Made by a program: the position numbers and the translations under genes. This document shows positions 8,613-18,367 of a stretch of 32,793 nucleotides of DNA, piece after piece (the stretch's first letter is position 1; the number at the start of each line of letters is the position of its first letter). Below the pieces are notes generated by a model. That model saw only the letters and a program-made list of their open reading frames with translations. It was not told the origin of the DNA and ran no database searches. This DNA comes from a bacterium (lineage in GTDB: Bacteria > BMS3Abin14): contig CP070698.1 of the NCBI GenBank assembly GCA_020349685.1, positions 1,632,537-1,665,329 of the forward strand, given 5' to 3'.

Positions 8613-11591
8613 GTGGCGGTAAGGATCGAGGTCGGCTACAGGGATCCAGTGCGGGACCCCAGGGGAGAACGGGTGGTGCGGGAAGCCAGGGAGCTTGCCG
8701 GGCTGGAACTTCGCTCCGTGCGGACGGTGGCGGTCTATACCCTGGATATGGACCTCACGGGGGAGGAACTGGAGAAGGTGGCGTCGGGTCCCTTTACCGA
8801 CCCTATCATCCAGACTTATGCCATAGGCAGGCCGGTGGGAGGGATCTTTGACCTTGTCATCGAGGTCGGATACCGGCCCGGGGTCACCGATAACGTCGGA
8901 AGAAGCGCCGGCGAGGCGGTGGCCCAGCTTCTCGGCAGGCCCCTCGCGCCGGAGGAGGGCGTCTACACCTCCATACAATATCAGATCCAGGGTGATCTCA
9001 CGCAGCCAGATGCCCAAAGGCTCGCATCGGAGGTCCTGGCCAACGAGCTCATTCACCGGTGGAGGGTGGTCCCCGCCGGCGATTTCGACAAAGCGGCAGG
9101 CCTGAAACCGGAGGTTCCCAGGGTCAGCATAAGCGGCGGTGGCCGCGTGCGCGAGGTGGATCTGAGCTGTTCTGACGAGGACCTGATGAAGATCAGCCGG
9201 GAAGGCCTTCTCGCCCTCTCCCTGGAGGAGATGAAGGCCATTCAGGCCCACTTCGAGGACCCCGAGGTGCAGGGGGAGCGGAAGGAGAGGGGACTCGGGT
9301 CGCGGCCAACGGACGTGGAGATCGAGGTCCTGGCCCAGACCTGGTCCGAACACTGCAAGCACAAGATCTTCAATGCCCTGATCAGGTACGAAGACGAGAG
9401 GGGCAACACCGAAACGGTGGACTCTCTCTTCAAAACCTATATCGTCGGCGCCACCGAAAGGGTGCGCGGGGAAATGGCCGCGAAGGACATCTGCCTCTCC
9501 GTCTTCAAGGACAACGCCGGAGTCATACGGTTCAACGACGACTTCAACCTCGTTTTCAAGGTGGAGACCCATAACTCCCCGTCTGCTCTTGACCCTTACG
9601 GTGGTGCCCTGACCGGGATCGTCGGTGTCAACCGTGATCCCTTCGGAACGGGACTGGGAGCGAACCTTCTCTTTAACACCGATGTCTTCTGCTTTGCCTC
9701 TCCCTTCCACAGCGATCCCCTGCCGCCCCGCATCCTCCATCCACGCAGGATCTATGAAGGTGTGGTGGAGGGGGTGGAGCACGGCGGCAACAAAAGCGGT
9801 ATCCCCACCGTCAACGGTGCCGTGGTCTTCGATGAGCGGTTTTTAGGCAAGCCCCTCGTCTACTGCGGTACCGCCGCAGTTATGCCCGCCAAAGTCGCCG
9901 GCCGGCCTTCCCACGAGAAAGAGGTAGGTGTGGGTGACAGGGTCGTCATGGTGGGTGGACGCATCGGCAAGGACGGCATCCACGGCGCCACATTCTCCTC
10001 GGAAGAGCTCCATGAGGGATCCCCCGTTTCTGCGGTCCAGATCGGCGATCCCATAACGCAGAAAAGGATGTTCGATTTTCTGCTTGTGGCCAGGGAGGAA
10101 GGGCTTTACTCGAGCATCACCGACAACGGCGCGGGGGGACTCTCCTCGTCGGTTGGGGAGATGGCCAGGGACACGGGCGGCGCCGTCCTGCACCTTGATC
10201 TCGCGCCTTTGAAGTATCCCGGTCTGGATCCATGGGAGATCCTCATTTCGGAGGCCCAGGAGCGCATGACCGTTTCCGTTCCACCCCGCAACCTCAAACG
10301 GTTCATGGAGCTATCCGAGAAGATGGGCGTGGAATCGACCGACCTGGGGGAGTTTAACGATTCCGGTCGCTTTGAACTTCTCTATGACGGCAGGGTGGTG
10401 GGCAGCCGGTCCATGGAGTTTCTGCACGAGGGCGTTCCTCAGATGGTCCTCGATGCCCGGTGGGAGCCTCCCCCGCTGGCGGAGCCCTCCTTCGAGGCAC
10501 CCGGGGATCTGGACCCCATCCTTCTCGACCTTCTTGGCCGCCTCAACATCTGTTCCAAGGAATCCATCGTACGCAGGTACGATCACGAGGTCCAGGGGGG
10601 CAGCGTGGTCAAGCCCTTTACGGGTGCCGCCAACGACGGTCCCTCGGATGCCGCCGTCGTTCGCCCCATCCTGGACTCCTTCGAGGGGGTCGTCGTTTCC
10701 AACGGCATCGTGCCCAGGTACAGCGACATCGACACCTACGCCATGGCCGCCAACGCCGTTGACGAGGCTTTCAGGAACTACGTTGCCGTTGGTGGAGACC
10801 CGTCCTGGGCCGCCGCGCTCGACAACTTCTGCTGGTGCGATCCGGTGCAGTCCGACAAGACCCCCGACGGCACTTACAAGCTGGCGCAGCTCGTCAGGGC
10901 CAACCGCGGTCTGTACGATGCCGTTACGGCTTACGGCATCCCTCTCATATCGGGCAAGGACAGCATGAAGAACGATTACATCATGGGCGACGTGAAGATC
11001 TCCATCCCGCCCACCCTGCTGGCTTCGGTCATCGGGCGCATGGATGACGTGCGCAAAGCCGTTACGATGGACCTGAAGAGTCCGGGCAATCACCTCTATA
11101 TGCTGGGTGAAACGGCCCGGGAGCTCGGCGGGTCGGAGTATTACGCGCTCCTGGGGTACGTGGGTGCCCAGGTACCCGCTGTGGACTTTGACAGGGCCAG
11201 GGAGAGGTACGAGAGATATCACAAGGCCCTGCTCAAGGGCCTCATCCGTTCCTGCCACGACTGTTCGGACGGCGGCATGGCCGTTGCCCTGGCCGAAATG
11301 GCCTTTGCCGGTGAGGTGGGGCTGGTGGTGGATCTCAACGCCGTCCCCGCGACCGGTGACCTGCGAGACGATGAGCTGCTGTTTTCCGAAACAGCATCGC
11401 GCCTGCTGGTGGAGGTGGCCCCTTCCGATGCGCCCCAATTCGAGGAAGCGATGGGAGAAACGGCCTGGGCCCGCATCGGCACCTGCACGGAAGAAAAGCA
11501 GCTGGTTGTTAAAAAGGGTGATGGGAAAGTGCTGTCGCTGTCCCTGGAGGAGATGAAGGAAGCATGGCAAAGGACGTTGAGAGGGCTATGA
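8613..11591 (+). CDS. purL: Phosphoribosylformylglycinamidine synthase, large PurL-type subunit with N-terminal PurS-like/linker region (no glutaminase domain)
   Basis: 992 aa with AIR-synthase-like repeats (ETHNSPSALDPYGGA, GGLSSSVGEM, ISGKDSM). A separate purQ follows. Confidence 0.95.
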   Translation: MAVRIEVGYRDPVRDPRGERVVREARELAGLELRSVRTVAVYTLDMDLTGEELEKVASGPFTDPIIQTYAIGRPVGGIFDLVIEVGYRPGVTDNVGRSAGEAVAQLLGRPLAPEEGVYTSIQYQIQGDLTQPDAQRLASEVLANELIHRWRVVPAGDFDKAAGLKPEVPRVSISGGGRVREVDLSCSDEDLMKISREGLLALSLEEMKAIQAHFEDPEVQGERKERGLGSRPTDVEIEVLAQTWSEHCKHKIFNALIRYEDERGNTETVDSLFKTYIVGATERVRGEMAAKDICLSVFKDNAGVIRFNDDFNLVFKVETHNSPSALDPYGGALTGIVGVNRDPFGTGLGANLLFNTDVFCFASPFHSDPLPPRILHPRRIYEGVVEGVEHGGNKSGIPTVNGAVVFDERFLGKPLVYCGTAAVMPAKVAGRPSHEKEVGVGDRVVMVGGRIGKDGIHGATFSSEELHEGSPVSAVQIGDPITQKRMFDFLLVAREEGLYSSITDNGAGGLSSSVGEMARDTGGAVLHLDLAPLKYPGLDPWEILISEAQERMTVSVPPRNLKRFMELSEKMGVESTDLGEFNDSGRFELLYDGRVVGSRSMEFLHEGVPQMVLDARWEPPPLAEPSFEAPGDLDPILLDLLGRLNICSKESIVRRYDHEVQGGSVVKPFTGAANDGPSDAAVVRPILDSFEGVVVSNGIVPRYSDIDTYAMAANAVDEAFRNYVAVGGDPSWAAALDNFCWCDPVQSDKTPDGTYKLAQLVRANRGLYDAVTAYGIPLISGKDSMKNDYIMGDVKISIPPTLLASVIGRMDDVRKAVTMDLKSPGNHLYMLGETARELGGSEYYALLGYVGAQVPAVDFDRARERYERYHKALLKGLIRSCHDCSDGGMAVALAEMAFAGEVGLVVDLNAVPATGDLRDDELLFSETASRLLVEVAPSDAPQFEEAMGETAWARIGTCTEEKQLVVKKGDGKVLSLSLEEMKEAWQRTLRGL

Positions 11592-11596
11592 AAAGC

Positions 11597-11720
11597 AGGA
11601 TTCAGAAGCCAGAATCCAGGAGCCAGAATAAGATCGATTTCTTTTATTGAAAGGACGTTGCATCGAGTCTGTTTTATCTTCTGAATTCTGAATTCTGAAT
11701 TCTGAATTCTGGATTCCTGA
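11597..11720. repeat. Inverted heptamer arrays: left 5 units (AGGATTC AGAAGCC AGAATCC AGGAGCC AGAATAA), right 6 units (TTCTGAA x4, TTCTGGA, TTCCTGA)
   Basis: Left arm 11597-11631 starts 6 nt after the purL stop. Right arm 11679-11720 abuts the purQ SD (GAGGAG 11719-11724). Shifted by 3 nt the left arm reads TTCAGAA GCCAGAA TCCAGGA GCCAGAA, and TTCTGAA is the reverse complement of TTCAGAA. Confidence 0.92.
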
Positions 11721-11733
11721 GGAGAATAGTTGT

Positions 11734-12552
11734 ATGACCGCGACACCGAGAGCCATCGTCATCACCGGCAACGGGACCAACTGTGAAAGGGAAGCGGCCG
11801 AAGCCTGCAGGCTGGGGGGGTTCGACGCCCATAATGTTCACATCTCCAGTATTCTGTCGGGGGAGGTGACCCTGGACAGCTACCAGTTCCTGAACCTCAC
11901 GGGCGGTTTCCTGGACGGGGACGACCTGGGGTCGGCCATGGTCCAGGCCAACCGCCTTAAATACGCCATGGTGGCCGATGACGGTGAAAGGGTCCTGGAG
12001 CAGGTGTTGAGGTTTATCGATGCAGGGAAACCGATCCTGGGTGTGTGCAACGGTTTCCAGCTCATGGTGAAAATGGGCCTTCTCCCCGGCCTGGACGGAG
12101 GTCTTGTCCGGTCCACGACCCTGACCTTCAACGATTCCGGCAGGTATGAGGACAGGTGGGTGACCCTCCTCGTGGATGAAGAGTCACCCTGTATATTCAC
12201 CAGAGGGATCCAAAACGTCTCCCTCCCCGTGCGGCACGGCGAAGGGAAATTCGTGGTGAGGGATGAAGCGGTCATGGGTCGCCTCGAGGCCAAAAGACTT
12301 CTGACGGTGCGGTACATGGATCCGGCCACGGGGAAGATCACCATGAAGTACCCTGAGAACCCCAACGGATCCAGTGAGGCCGTCGCGGGGATATGTTCAC
12401 CGTCAGGCCTTCTCTTCGGGCTGATGCCCCACCCGGAAGCTTACCTGCACAGGGTGAATCATCCGAGATGGACCCGTGAGAACCTTCCGGAGGAGGGGGC
12501 CGGGATTGCATTTTTCAGGAACGCGTACGAGTATGTGGTTCAGGCCCTTTAG
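11734..12552 (+). CDS. purQ: Phosphoribosylformylglycinamidine synthase I (glutaminase subunit PurQ)
   Basis: 272 aa. Type-1 glutamine amidotransferase with nucleophile elbow GVCNGFQ and the C-terminal MPHPE motif. Confidence 0.95.
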   Translation: MTATPRAIVITGNGTNCEREAAEACRLGGFDAHNVHISSILSGEVTLDSYQFLNLTGGFLDGDDLGSAMVQANRLKYAMVADDGERVLEQVLRFIDAGKPILGVCNGFQLMVKMGLLPGLDGGLVRSTTLTFNDSGRYEDRWVTLLVDEESPCIFTRGIQNVSLPVRHGEGKFVVRDEAVMGRLEAKRLLTVRYMDPATGKITMKYPENPNGSSEAVAGICSPSGLLFGLMPHPEAYLHRVNHPRWTRENLPEEGAGIAFFRNAYEYVVQAL

Positions 12553-12584
12553 CGGAAGGACGCTGATCGGGGCCACTCGACATG

Positions 12585-12919
12585 GCGACGAAACGACTGA
12601 GCGACGAAGCGAAGGCGCAACTGAGGTTACCACTCAAATCCAAAACCCAAAATCCGATGCGTCCGAGCAGCTAGAGTCAAATGACAATTCACAAAGGCTG
12701 ATTCAACAGGGATAAAAGGGATACAGGGGATAAGGAACGACGTTAATGCGTGCGAGCGTATGAGCGTGAAGGGTGAAAAGGCAGGGAATCTGCAGGCTGA
12801 CACACCCACGCACTACGTATCCACGAAACCACATGGTTTTCCATCCCCTTCATCCCTGTTAAATGAAAATATTTAAGGTTCAATCTGAAACGTGAAACTT
12901 GAAACCTGAAACCCTAACG
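12585..12919. repeat. Composite repeat region in the 377-nt purQ-purF spacer
   Basis: Sub-arrays: AAAYCC 7-mers 12636-12656; AGGGATA family 12707-12737; 4x 8-mers GCGTGCGA GCGTATGA GCGTGAAG GGTGAAAA 12748-12779; CAC-rich 8-mers 12801-12832; reverse-complement AGGGAT-type arm 12838-12864; CTGAAAC GTGAAAC TTGAAAC CTGAAAC 12885-12912, abutting the purF SD. Confidence 0.85.
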
Positions 12920-12929
12920 AAGGAAGTAC

Positions 12930-14357
12930 ATGGAACATTTAGACAAATTCCGTGAAGAGTGCGGTGTGTTCGGTATTTACGGTCACCAGGAAGCCGCGAA
13001 CATGGCCTACCTGGGGCTGCACGCCCTTCAGCACCGGGGGCAGGAGAGTGCCGGCATTGCGACCACAGACGGCACCAGGGTCTTCCGCCACGCCCAGATG
13101 GGTCTCGTGAGCGATATCTTTACACCGGCCACGATCGCCAAACTCCCCGGCAGTCTCGCCATCGGGCACAACCGCTACTCGACGACCGGCGAAAGTCTGG
13201 CGGAAAATATACAACCCATATCGGTCACCTACGCCCGTGGGGGCCTCGCCGTGGCCCACAACGGCAACCTGGTCAACGCGCACGATATACGCCGGGACCT
13301 CGAGGAGTCGGGCGCCATTTTCCAGTCCAGCTCCGACACCGAGGTCATCGTCCATCTCATGGCCCGGTCCCGGGGAGGACACGTTCTCGACAGGCTCATC
13401 GAGACGCTCAATCAGATACGAGGCGCCTATTCCCTGCTCATCCTCACGGAGAAAAGACTGATCGCGGTGAGAGACCCGAGAGGTTTCAGACCCCTCTCAA
13501 TGGGCCGCCTGGGAGACTCGGTGGTTTTCAGCTCGGAGACGTGCGCCCTGGATCTCATCGAAGCAGAGTTCGTCAGGGACGTCAGTCCGGGGGAGATCAT
13601 CATGGTTGACCAGGACGGTGTTACCTCCCTTTTCCCGTTCCCCAAGATGAAGGCCGCTCCCTGCATCTTTGAATATGTCTATTTCGCACGTCCCGACAGC
13701 GTGATCGATGGCATAAGCGTCTACCAGGCCAGGAAAACACTGGGTCTTCAGCTCGCCCGCGAGGCCCCGGTTTCAGCCGATATAGTCATTGCTGTTCCCG
13801 ACTCCGGTGTTCCCGCCGCCATTGGCTATGCCGAAGGGATGGGACTTCCCCTCGAGTGGGGCCTGATACGCAACCACTACGTCGGGAGAACGTTCATCGA
13901 ACCGAGCCAGTCCATCCGGCATTTCGGCGTAAAACTGAAGCTCAACCCCTGCAGGGACTCGATCCGTGGCAAGCGCGTCGTTCTCATTGATGACTCCATC
14001 GTGAGGGGCACGACCAGCCGCAAGATCGTAAAAATGGTCCGGGATGCCGGAGCCACTGAGGTACACATGAGGATCAGCTCCCCCCCGACCGTCAACCCCT
14101 GTTACTACGGTATCGACACCCCCACCCACCAGGAGCTCATCGCCTACAGCCACACGGTCGAGGAGACCAGGCGATATATCACAGCCGATTCCCTCGGATA
14201 TCTGAGCCTGGAAGGCTTGCGGGCCGCGGTGCGGCCTGACCTGTCCCAGGAGCAGGGCGGCCTGTGCGAAGCCTGTTTTTCGGGAGACTACCCGGTCGCA
14301 TTCCCCAGGGACGATACCCAGATGTCGCTCTGGGCCCAGAGGATCACTCATGTCTGA
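12930..14357 (+). CDS. purF: Amidophosphoribosyltransferase
   Basis: 475 aa. N-terminal nucleophile CGVFGIYG, PRTase motif [14 protein letters not shown]-terminal Cys cluster. Confidence 0.97.
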   Translation: MEHLDKFREECGVFGIYGHQEAANMAYLGLHALQHRGQESAGIATTDGTRVFRHAQMGLVSDIFTPATIAKLPGSLAIGHNRYSTTGESLAENIQPISVTYARGGLAVAHNGNLVNAHDIRRDLEESGAIFQSSSDTEVIVHLMARSRGGHVLDRLIETLNQIRGAYSLLILTEKRLIAVRDPRGFRPLSMGRLGDSVVFSSETCALDLIEAEFVRDVSPGEIIMVDQDGVTSLFPFPKMKAAPCIFEYVYFARPDSVIDGISVYQARKTLGLQLAREAPVSADIVIAVPDSGVPAAIGYAEGMGLPLEWGLIRNHYVGRTFIEPSQSIRHFGVKLKLNPCRDSIRGKRVVLIDDSIVRGTTSRKIVKMVRDAGATEVHMRISSPPTVNPCYYGIDTPTHQELIAYSHTVEETRRYITADSLGYLSLEGLRAAVRPDLSQEQGGLCEACFSGDYPVAFPRDDTQMSLWAQRITHV

Positions 14358-14790
14358 AACGGCGGCCTACATGGCCCTTATCGAGACCGCCTCGCCCGAG
14401 GGTGTCTTGAGCCGCCTGCAATACCTCAAGAAACACGGGCCTCACGAAATGGGCTGGAGCTACGCCAATATCCTCGATGTCGCCCGGACTCTGGATCGGC
14501 AGCTCAAAAAAAAAGGGTATTTCAGGGTCTATCTCCACGTTTCCAACGGTGAAAAAGGCGTCCGCTACAGCATGAAGGTCAGGGACCTTGTTACCTACAG
14601 GGAGCCGTACATATTCAATGATCCCGTCGACGGCCGCAGCTATCTGGTTCATTCCAGGATGAAGGTCGAATCCATCACAGAACTCGCGCAGCCAAGGGAT
14701 CTGAGTGATTTCATGAGTGTGGACAAGAGGAAACCGGACATCAGGCACCTGCAGCTGGGTTTTCTCTTTGTGGTGGACCCCGAGGTATAG
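14350..14790 (+). CDS. Hypothetical cytoplasmic protein (146 aa), no family recognised
   Basis: The ATG overlaps the purF stop (ATGTCTGA). Third codon positions are strongly G/C-biased in this frame, as in neighbouring genes. No TM or signal peptide. Confidence 0.6.
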   Translation: MSETAAYMALIETASPEGVLSRLQYLKKHGPHEMGWSYANILDVARTLDRQLKKKGYFRVYLHVSNGEKGVRYSMKVRDLVTYREPYIFNDPVDGRSYLVHSRMKVESITELAQPRDLSDFMSVDKRKPDIRHLQLGFLFVVDPEV

Positions 14791-16455
14791 ATGGACCCCG
14801 TAAAGTTGGCAGTGCTCGCGGCAGGTGCCTTCTTTCTGGCTTTCGGACTCGCCGCGTACAGACATTTTTACACCGTACTTGGAGCCACGGCGGGCCTGGC
14901 GGCATGGATGGCGCTGAGGGAAACCCTGGTGCAGGTCCCGGGTCTCAAAGAGCATCCCGGTACGGCCAGCCTCCTGATCCTGGTCCTGCTGGTCCTCACG
15001 GGGGTATTCTTCGCCTCCAGGTTCCGAAGGCTTCTGGCTTTTTTCAGCGGCCTTGCCACCGGCGTCATTCTTTCCCAGGCGGTTTCCGGTTTCATGACGG
15101 CCGGCGATCTTTCGGGCGCCGCCTTTGGCTTTAGCCGAATCGACTCCATGGATATTCTCGCGGGGATGATCGCTGGAGTCCTCTTTCTCCTCTTCGAGCG
15201 GGTTTTCGCGGTACTCCTGACATCGGTGGTGGGAAGCTTTCTCTGTGCATGGGTTATCGGGGGCAGGTGGACCTTCCTGGCGTGCCTTCTCGTCGGGCTG
15301 GTGGCCCAGCCCCTCGTCTTCACGAGGTTCAAACCCCAGCCGTCTGCCGCCGGCGGGAGGGACCGGACCGGGTCGACAACCCTCCTGGCTTTCCTGCTGC
15401 TCCTGACGGTGCCCTCATCGGCGGCAGCGGACTGGACGGTGGAGAGGATCAACTTCTCCACATCCCGAGTGGTGATAGCAGCCGGATGGAGGGACGGGCT
15501 GAGGGAGGGTGAAAAATATGCCGTCGTCGACGAACGCGGTATGCTGGTGACAAGGCTCTCCGTTGGTGAGATCTACTCGACCTCCTCCTATTCCGAGGCC
15601 CTGTCCCAAGACACCCTGAAGAAGGTCCGGTCCGGTATGCGGGTCATGGTCCTCGAGGAGTTCGAGTTCAACCAGGCCCTGAAACTCGGAGGGGAATCAC
15701 GACTTCTGGAGTTTCTCGATAATTATCCCGAAAGCAGAAGGCGTCAGGAGATCATCGAGGCGCTGGATGAAAACCGTTTCAGGCTTGCCGAGCTAACGGG
15801 TACCATCGAAGCTTACCGCGGGTTTCAGAGGAAATACCCGACCAGCCGATACGCCTCCGCGGCAAGGGAAAGAGAGGAGAGGCTCGCTTTTGAAAGTGCG
15901 CGGAGTGTTGGAAGCGAGGAGGCTTTTCGGGATTTTCTGACCGCATACCCGGGGACCACTCTGATCTCGGGCATGGCTGAGGTGCAGGCCTATCTGAGGG
16001 CCCGGAAGACGGACAAGGTCTTTGCTTTTCAGGACTTTCTGGCCGCATATCCCAGGAGCAGCCTCGCTGACGAGTTCATTCCCAGCATCGACGAGTTCGA
16101 GCTTTGGGCGGAGAGACTCGAGTTCGGCAGTGATCCGGTCCAGGCTGTCAGATACTTCGCTCAGCTGGGTGATGCTACCGCCGTCCCTTTCCTTGTGGGC
16201 AAGCTGAATGTCAAGGCCCTGGAAAAGGAGGCGGGCAGGGCCATCCTCATGATCGGGAAGCCCGCACTGAGCGTCCTGATGGAGGTTCTCATCTCTCCGC
16301 TGCAGTCCGTGGAGCTCAAAGACAAGATCGCCTACCTTATTGCCGAGATGGGTGAATTGTCGACGATCCCGGCCATGAGAACCTATGTCGAAAAGGAAAA
16401 AACTCAGGCCGGCCGCGAGGCGCTCTTGATGCTGGAAGAGAAGGTCGCCAGGTGA
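14791..16455 (+). CDS. Multidomain membrane protein: N-terminal polytopic TM region, small beta-rich domain, four FLxxYPxS TPR-like repeats, C-terminal HEAT-like repeats
   Basis: The ATG directly abuts the upstream TAG. About 6 hydrophobic helices in the first ~190 aa. Repeats LEFLDNYPES, GFQRKYPTS, DFLTAYPGT, DFLAAYPRS occur at ~35-aa spacing. Confidence 0.75.
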   Translation: MDPVKLAVLAAGAFFLAFGLAAYRHFYTVLGATAGLAAWMALRETLVQVPGLKEHPGTASLLILVLLVLTGVFFASRFRRLLAFFSGLATGVILSQAVSGFMTAGDLSGAAFGFSRIDSMDILAGMIAGVLFLLFERVFAVLLTSVVGSFLCAWVIGGRWTFLACLLVGLVAQPLVFTRFKPQPSAAGGRDRTGSTTLLAFLLLLTVPSSAAADWTVERINFSTSRVVIAAGWRDGLREGEKYAVVDERGMLVTRLSVGEIYSTSSYSEALSQDTLKKVRSGMRVMVLEEFEFNQALKLGGESRLLEFLDNYPESRRRQEIIEALDENRFRLAELTGTIEAYRGFQRKYPTSRYASAAREREERLAFESARSVGSEEAFRDFLTAYPGTTLISGMAEVQAYLRARKTDKVFAFQDFLAAYPRSSLADEFIPSIDEFELWAERLEFGSDPVQAVRYFAQLGDATAVPFLVGKLNVKALEKEAGRAILMIGKPALSVLMEVLISPLQSVELKDKIAYLIAEMGELSTIPAMRTYVEKEKTQAGREALLMLEEKVAR

Positions 16456-16544
16456 TATAAATAAAACAAGGCCGGCGTAGAAAGGTTGAAGGGCAAAGTG
16501 ATTCGCAATAAAACCAGGTACATATTCTAAATCCGGACTGAGCG

Positions 16545-16949
16545 ATGTCAAAAAGACGAAGAGAGATTAAAAAGCGAAAGAGGATCACCGGGGAAAACGA
16601 TGAGGGGGAGAGCCTCCAGGTTCAGGAGTCCGCTGAGGATGTTGTGATCAGCAGGGAGGAACCACAAGAGGACCCTGATACCGAAGAGCTGGCACCCGCC
16701 GAATCACCCCTCGATGACAGTCAGATCGTATCGGCAGCAGCACCGGCACCTGCCGGCAAACCTGCTCCTGAAAGGAAAACACGAAGCAGGCAGCCAAAGG
16801 GGGCTCCGGCGGCCGATTCCTGGCTGGGCCGGAACAAGGAAAACTTTCTCCTTGGCCTTCTCGTACTTTATGTTCTCCTTCTGGGTCTCGGGACCGTTGG
16901 GGAGCTTTTCGAGATCGAATGGATCCTGAATCTCCCGCTTTTCAGATAA
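16545..16949 (+). CDS. Hypothetical small protein with charged disordered N-terminus and a single C-terminal TM helix
   Basis: MSKRRREIKKRKR..., then an acidic/Pro-Ala rich stretch, then FLLGLLVLYVLLLGLGTVG. Weak RBS; a competing antisense ORF exists. Confidence 0.5.
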   Translation: MSKRRREIKKRKRITGENDEGESLQVQESAEDVVISREEPQEDPDTEELAPAESPLDDSQIVSAAAPAPAGKPAPERKTRSRQPKGAPAADSWLGRNKENFLLGLLVLYVLLLGLGTVGELFEIEWILNLPLFR

Positions 16950-17012
16950 AGTTCCGCGGGTAAAGGGGGATGCCGGGCTCCCGGTCGATCTCTGGACACA
17001 CCGGAGGTGATC

Positions 17013-17456
17013 ATGGTGTCGATGGTGAGGCGTTGGCAGAAATGGGGCCTCTTTTCCCTTCTCCTCATAATCCTGATCTGCGCTCCGCTGTCTGCCGACG
17101 TGGCCTACATCATAAAAAGACCCTCCGGTGACAGGGATGTGTCGGTCATCTTTTCGTACGATCCGGAAACCGAAGCGGATATCCTGGCCAAGATCAATGA
17201 GGATGGGCACATCCTCACGTGGCAGATCCAGTGCGCCGAAAAATACGTTTTTTACCGTCCCTTCCAGTTTACGCAGGGCAGGTTCAGTGTCAGGCCCGTC
17301 ATGTGCCTCGTGAAGAAGTTCTACTGCCAGATGGACGGGGACAAAGAAGGTTTCGTCTATCAGGGTTACCTGTTTTTGGAACCCATGTTCGATCTATCGA
17401 GCCCCGTTAACATCACCCTTGCTGATAAGACGATCCAGGCCACCTTCATCCAATAG
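17013..17456 (+). CDS. Hypothetical secreted protein
   Basis: Signal peptide WGLFSLLLIILICAPLSADVA. GGAGG at 17003-17007 favours ATG 17013 over the ORF-track GTG 17007. Confidence 0.65.
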   Translation: MVSMVRRWQKWGLFSLLLIILICAPLSADVAYIIKRPSGDRDVSVIFSYDPETEADILAKINEDGHILTWQIQCAEKYVFYRPFQFTQGRFSVRPVMCLVKKFYCQMDGDKEGFVYQGYLFLEPMFDLSSPVNITLADKTIQATFIQ

Positions 17457-17509
17457 GTTCAAGGTGGTTTTCAGGGGGCCCTGTTTTGAAGGGATAGGGG
17501 GGAAGGACA

Positions 17510-18322
17510 GTGAGCAAAGCCGTACAGACGCTAAAGATCCTGGCTTTGGCCGTGCTTTTCACGGCTGCCGGATGTCAGACGCTGCCTGAAGCTGACTCAA
17601 CGGGATCGGAAATATCGGGCATCAGCGGGCGGGTCGTGCTCAAGCGCACCGGCCAGCCAGTGGCGGGAGCATACATCTACGCCTACACGGACTACAGCAA
17701 GAACCTCATCGGTGTCGCCGACCACGTCAGCAAAGGCTCCGACGAGGAGGGCTCCTATGTACTGAAACTGCCGCCAGGGGAGTATTACCTTGTCGCCAGA
17801 AAGAGGGTCTCCGGAGCCAACTATGGACCCATCGTCACGGGCGACCTTTACGACCACAGGTTCGAACAGCAGGCGGTCAGGATAAGGGCAGGTTCCGTTC
17901 TGGAGAAGAACTTCGAGTTGGCTGAGCTCAGCGAACCGATGTTTTTTCAGGTTTTTACGGAAAGCCAGAGGAAGAGCGCCACCGGCATCCGGGGAAGGCT
18001 CCTTGACCGGAGTGGTGAGCCGGTCCAGGGGGCCTTTGCCACAGCCTACAGGGACAGCAACATGAGGCGGCTCCCGGATCACGCTTCTACCCTGACGGAT
18101 GACAACGGCGGCTTTATCCTTTATCTGCCCACCGGGGGAAAGTGGTACATCGGGGCCAGATCCCATGCCAGGGCGGTTCCCCAGCCCGGTGAGCCGGTGG
18201 GCCGATACCAGGGGTCAGCCGACCATTCCCTCGAGGTGGTGGAAAACAGCTTCCTCGAGGGGATAGAGATCGTCCTGAAGCCCTTCGCCTCTGAAGTTCC
18301 CCCCGGGTACACTCCCTACTGA
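17510..18322 (+). CDS. Lipoprotein with two carboxypeptidase-regulatory-like (CarboxypepD_reg) beta-sandwich repeats
   Basis: Lipobox LFTAAGC. Two internal repeats (ISGRVVL..G.PVAGAYIYAY...EEGSYVLKLPPGEYYL and GIRGRLLD..GEPVQGAF..TDDNGGFILYLPTGGKWYI). Confidence 0.8.
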   Translation: MSKAVQTLKILALAVLFTAAGCQTLPEADSTGSEISGISGRVVLKRTGQPVAGAYIYAYTDYSKNLIGVADHVSKGSDEEGSYVLKLPPGEYYLVARKRVSGANYGPIVTGDLYDHRFEQQAVRIRAGSVLEKNFELAELSEPMFFQVFTESQRKSATGIRGRLLDRSGEPVQGAFATAYRDSNMRRLPDHASTLTDDNGGFILYLPTGGKWYIGARSHARAVPQPGEPVGRYQGSADHSLEVVENSFLEGIEIVLKPFASEVPPGYTPY

Positions 18323-18367
18323 GGTCCTGCAGGTGGACGACCCCGGGGAAAAGACAGGAGTGATCTG

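Noticed and set aside
8592-11570. Long minus-strand ORFs (8592-9782, 396 aa; 10311-11570, 419 aa) antisense to purL
   Set aside because: These are shadow ORFs typical of high-GC DNA. Their translations are low-complexity and Arg/Gly/Pro/His-rich, while the plus frame encodes an unmistakable PurL.
12553-12929. Purine or ZTP (pfl) riboswitch in the long purQ-purF spacer
   Set aside because: I could not find the conserved purine-riboswitch loop/junction nucleotides or the ZTP motif (GGGUCGUGACUGGCG ... CCGCCUGGGCA). The spacer is instead accounted for by heptamer/octamer arrays.
17457-17509. Terminator after the 149-aa secreted protein gene (CAGGGGGCCCTG followed by TTTT)
   Set aside because: The stem is at most 4-5 bp with a 2-4 nt loop, too weak to call. 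The downstream gene follows within 53 nt in the same orientation.
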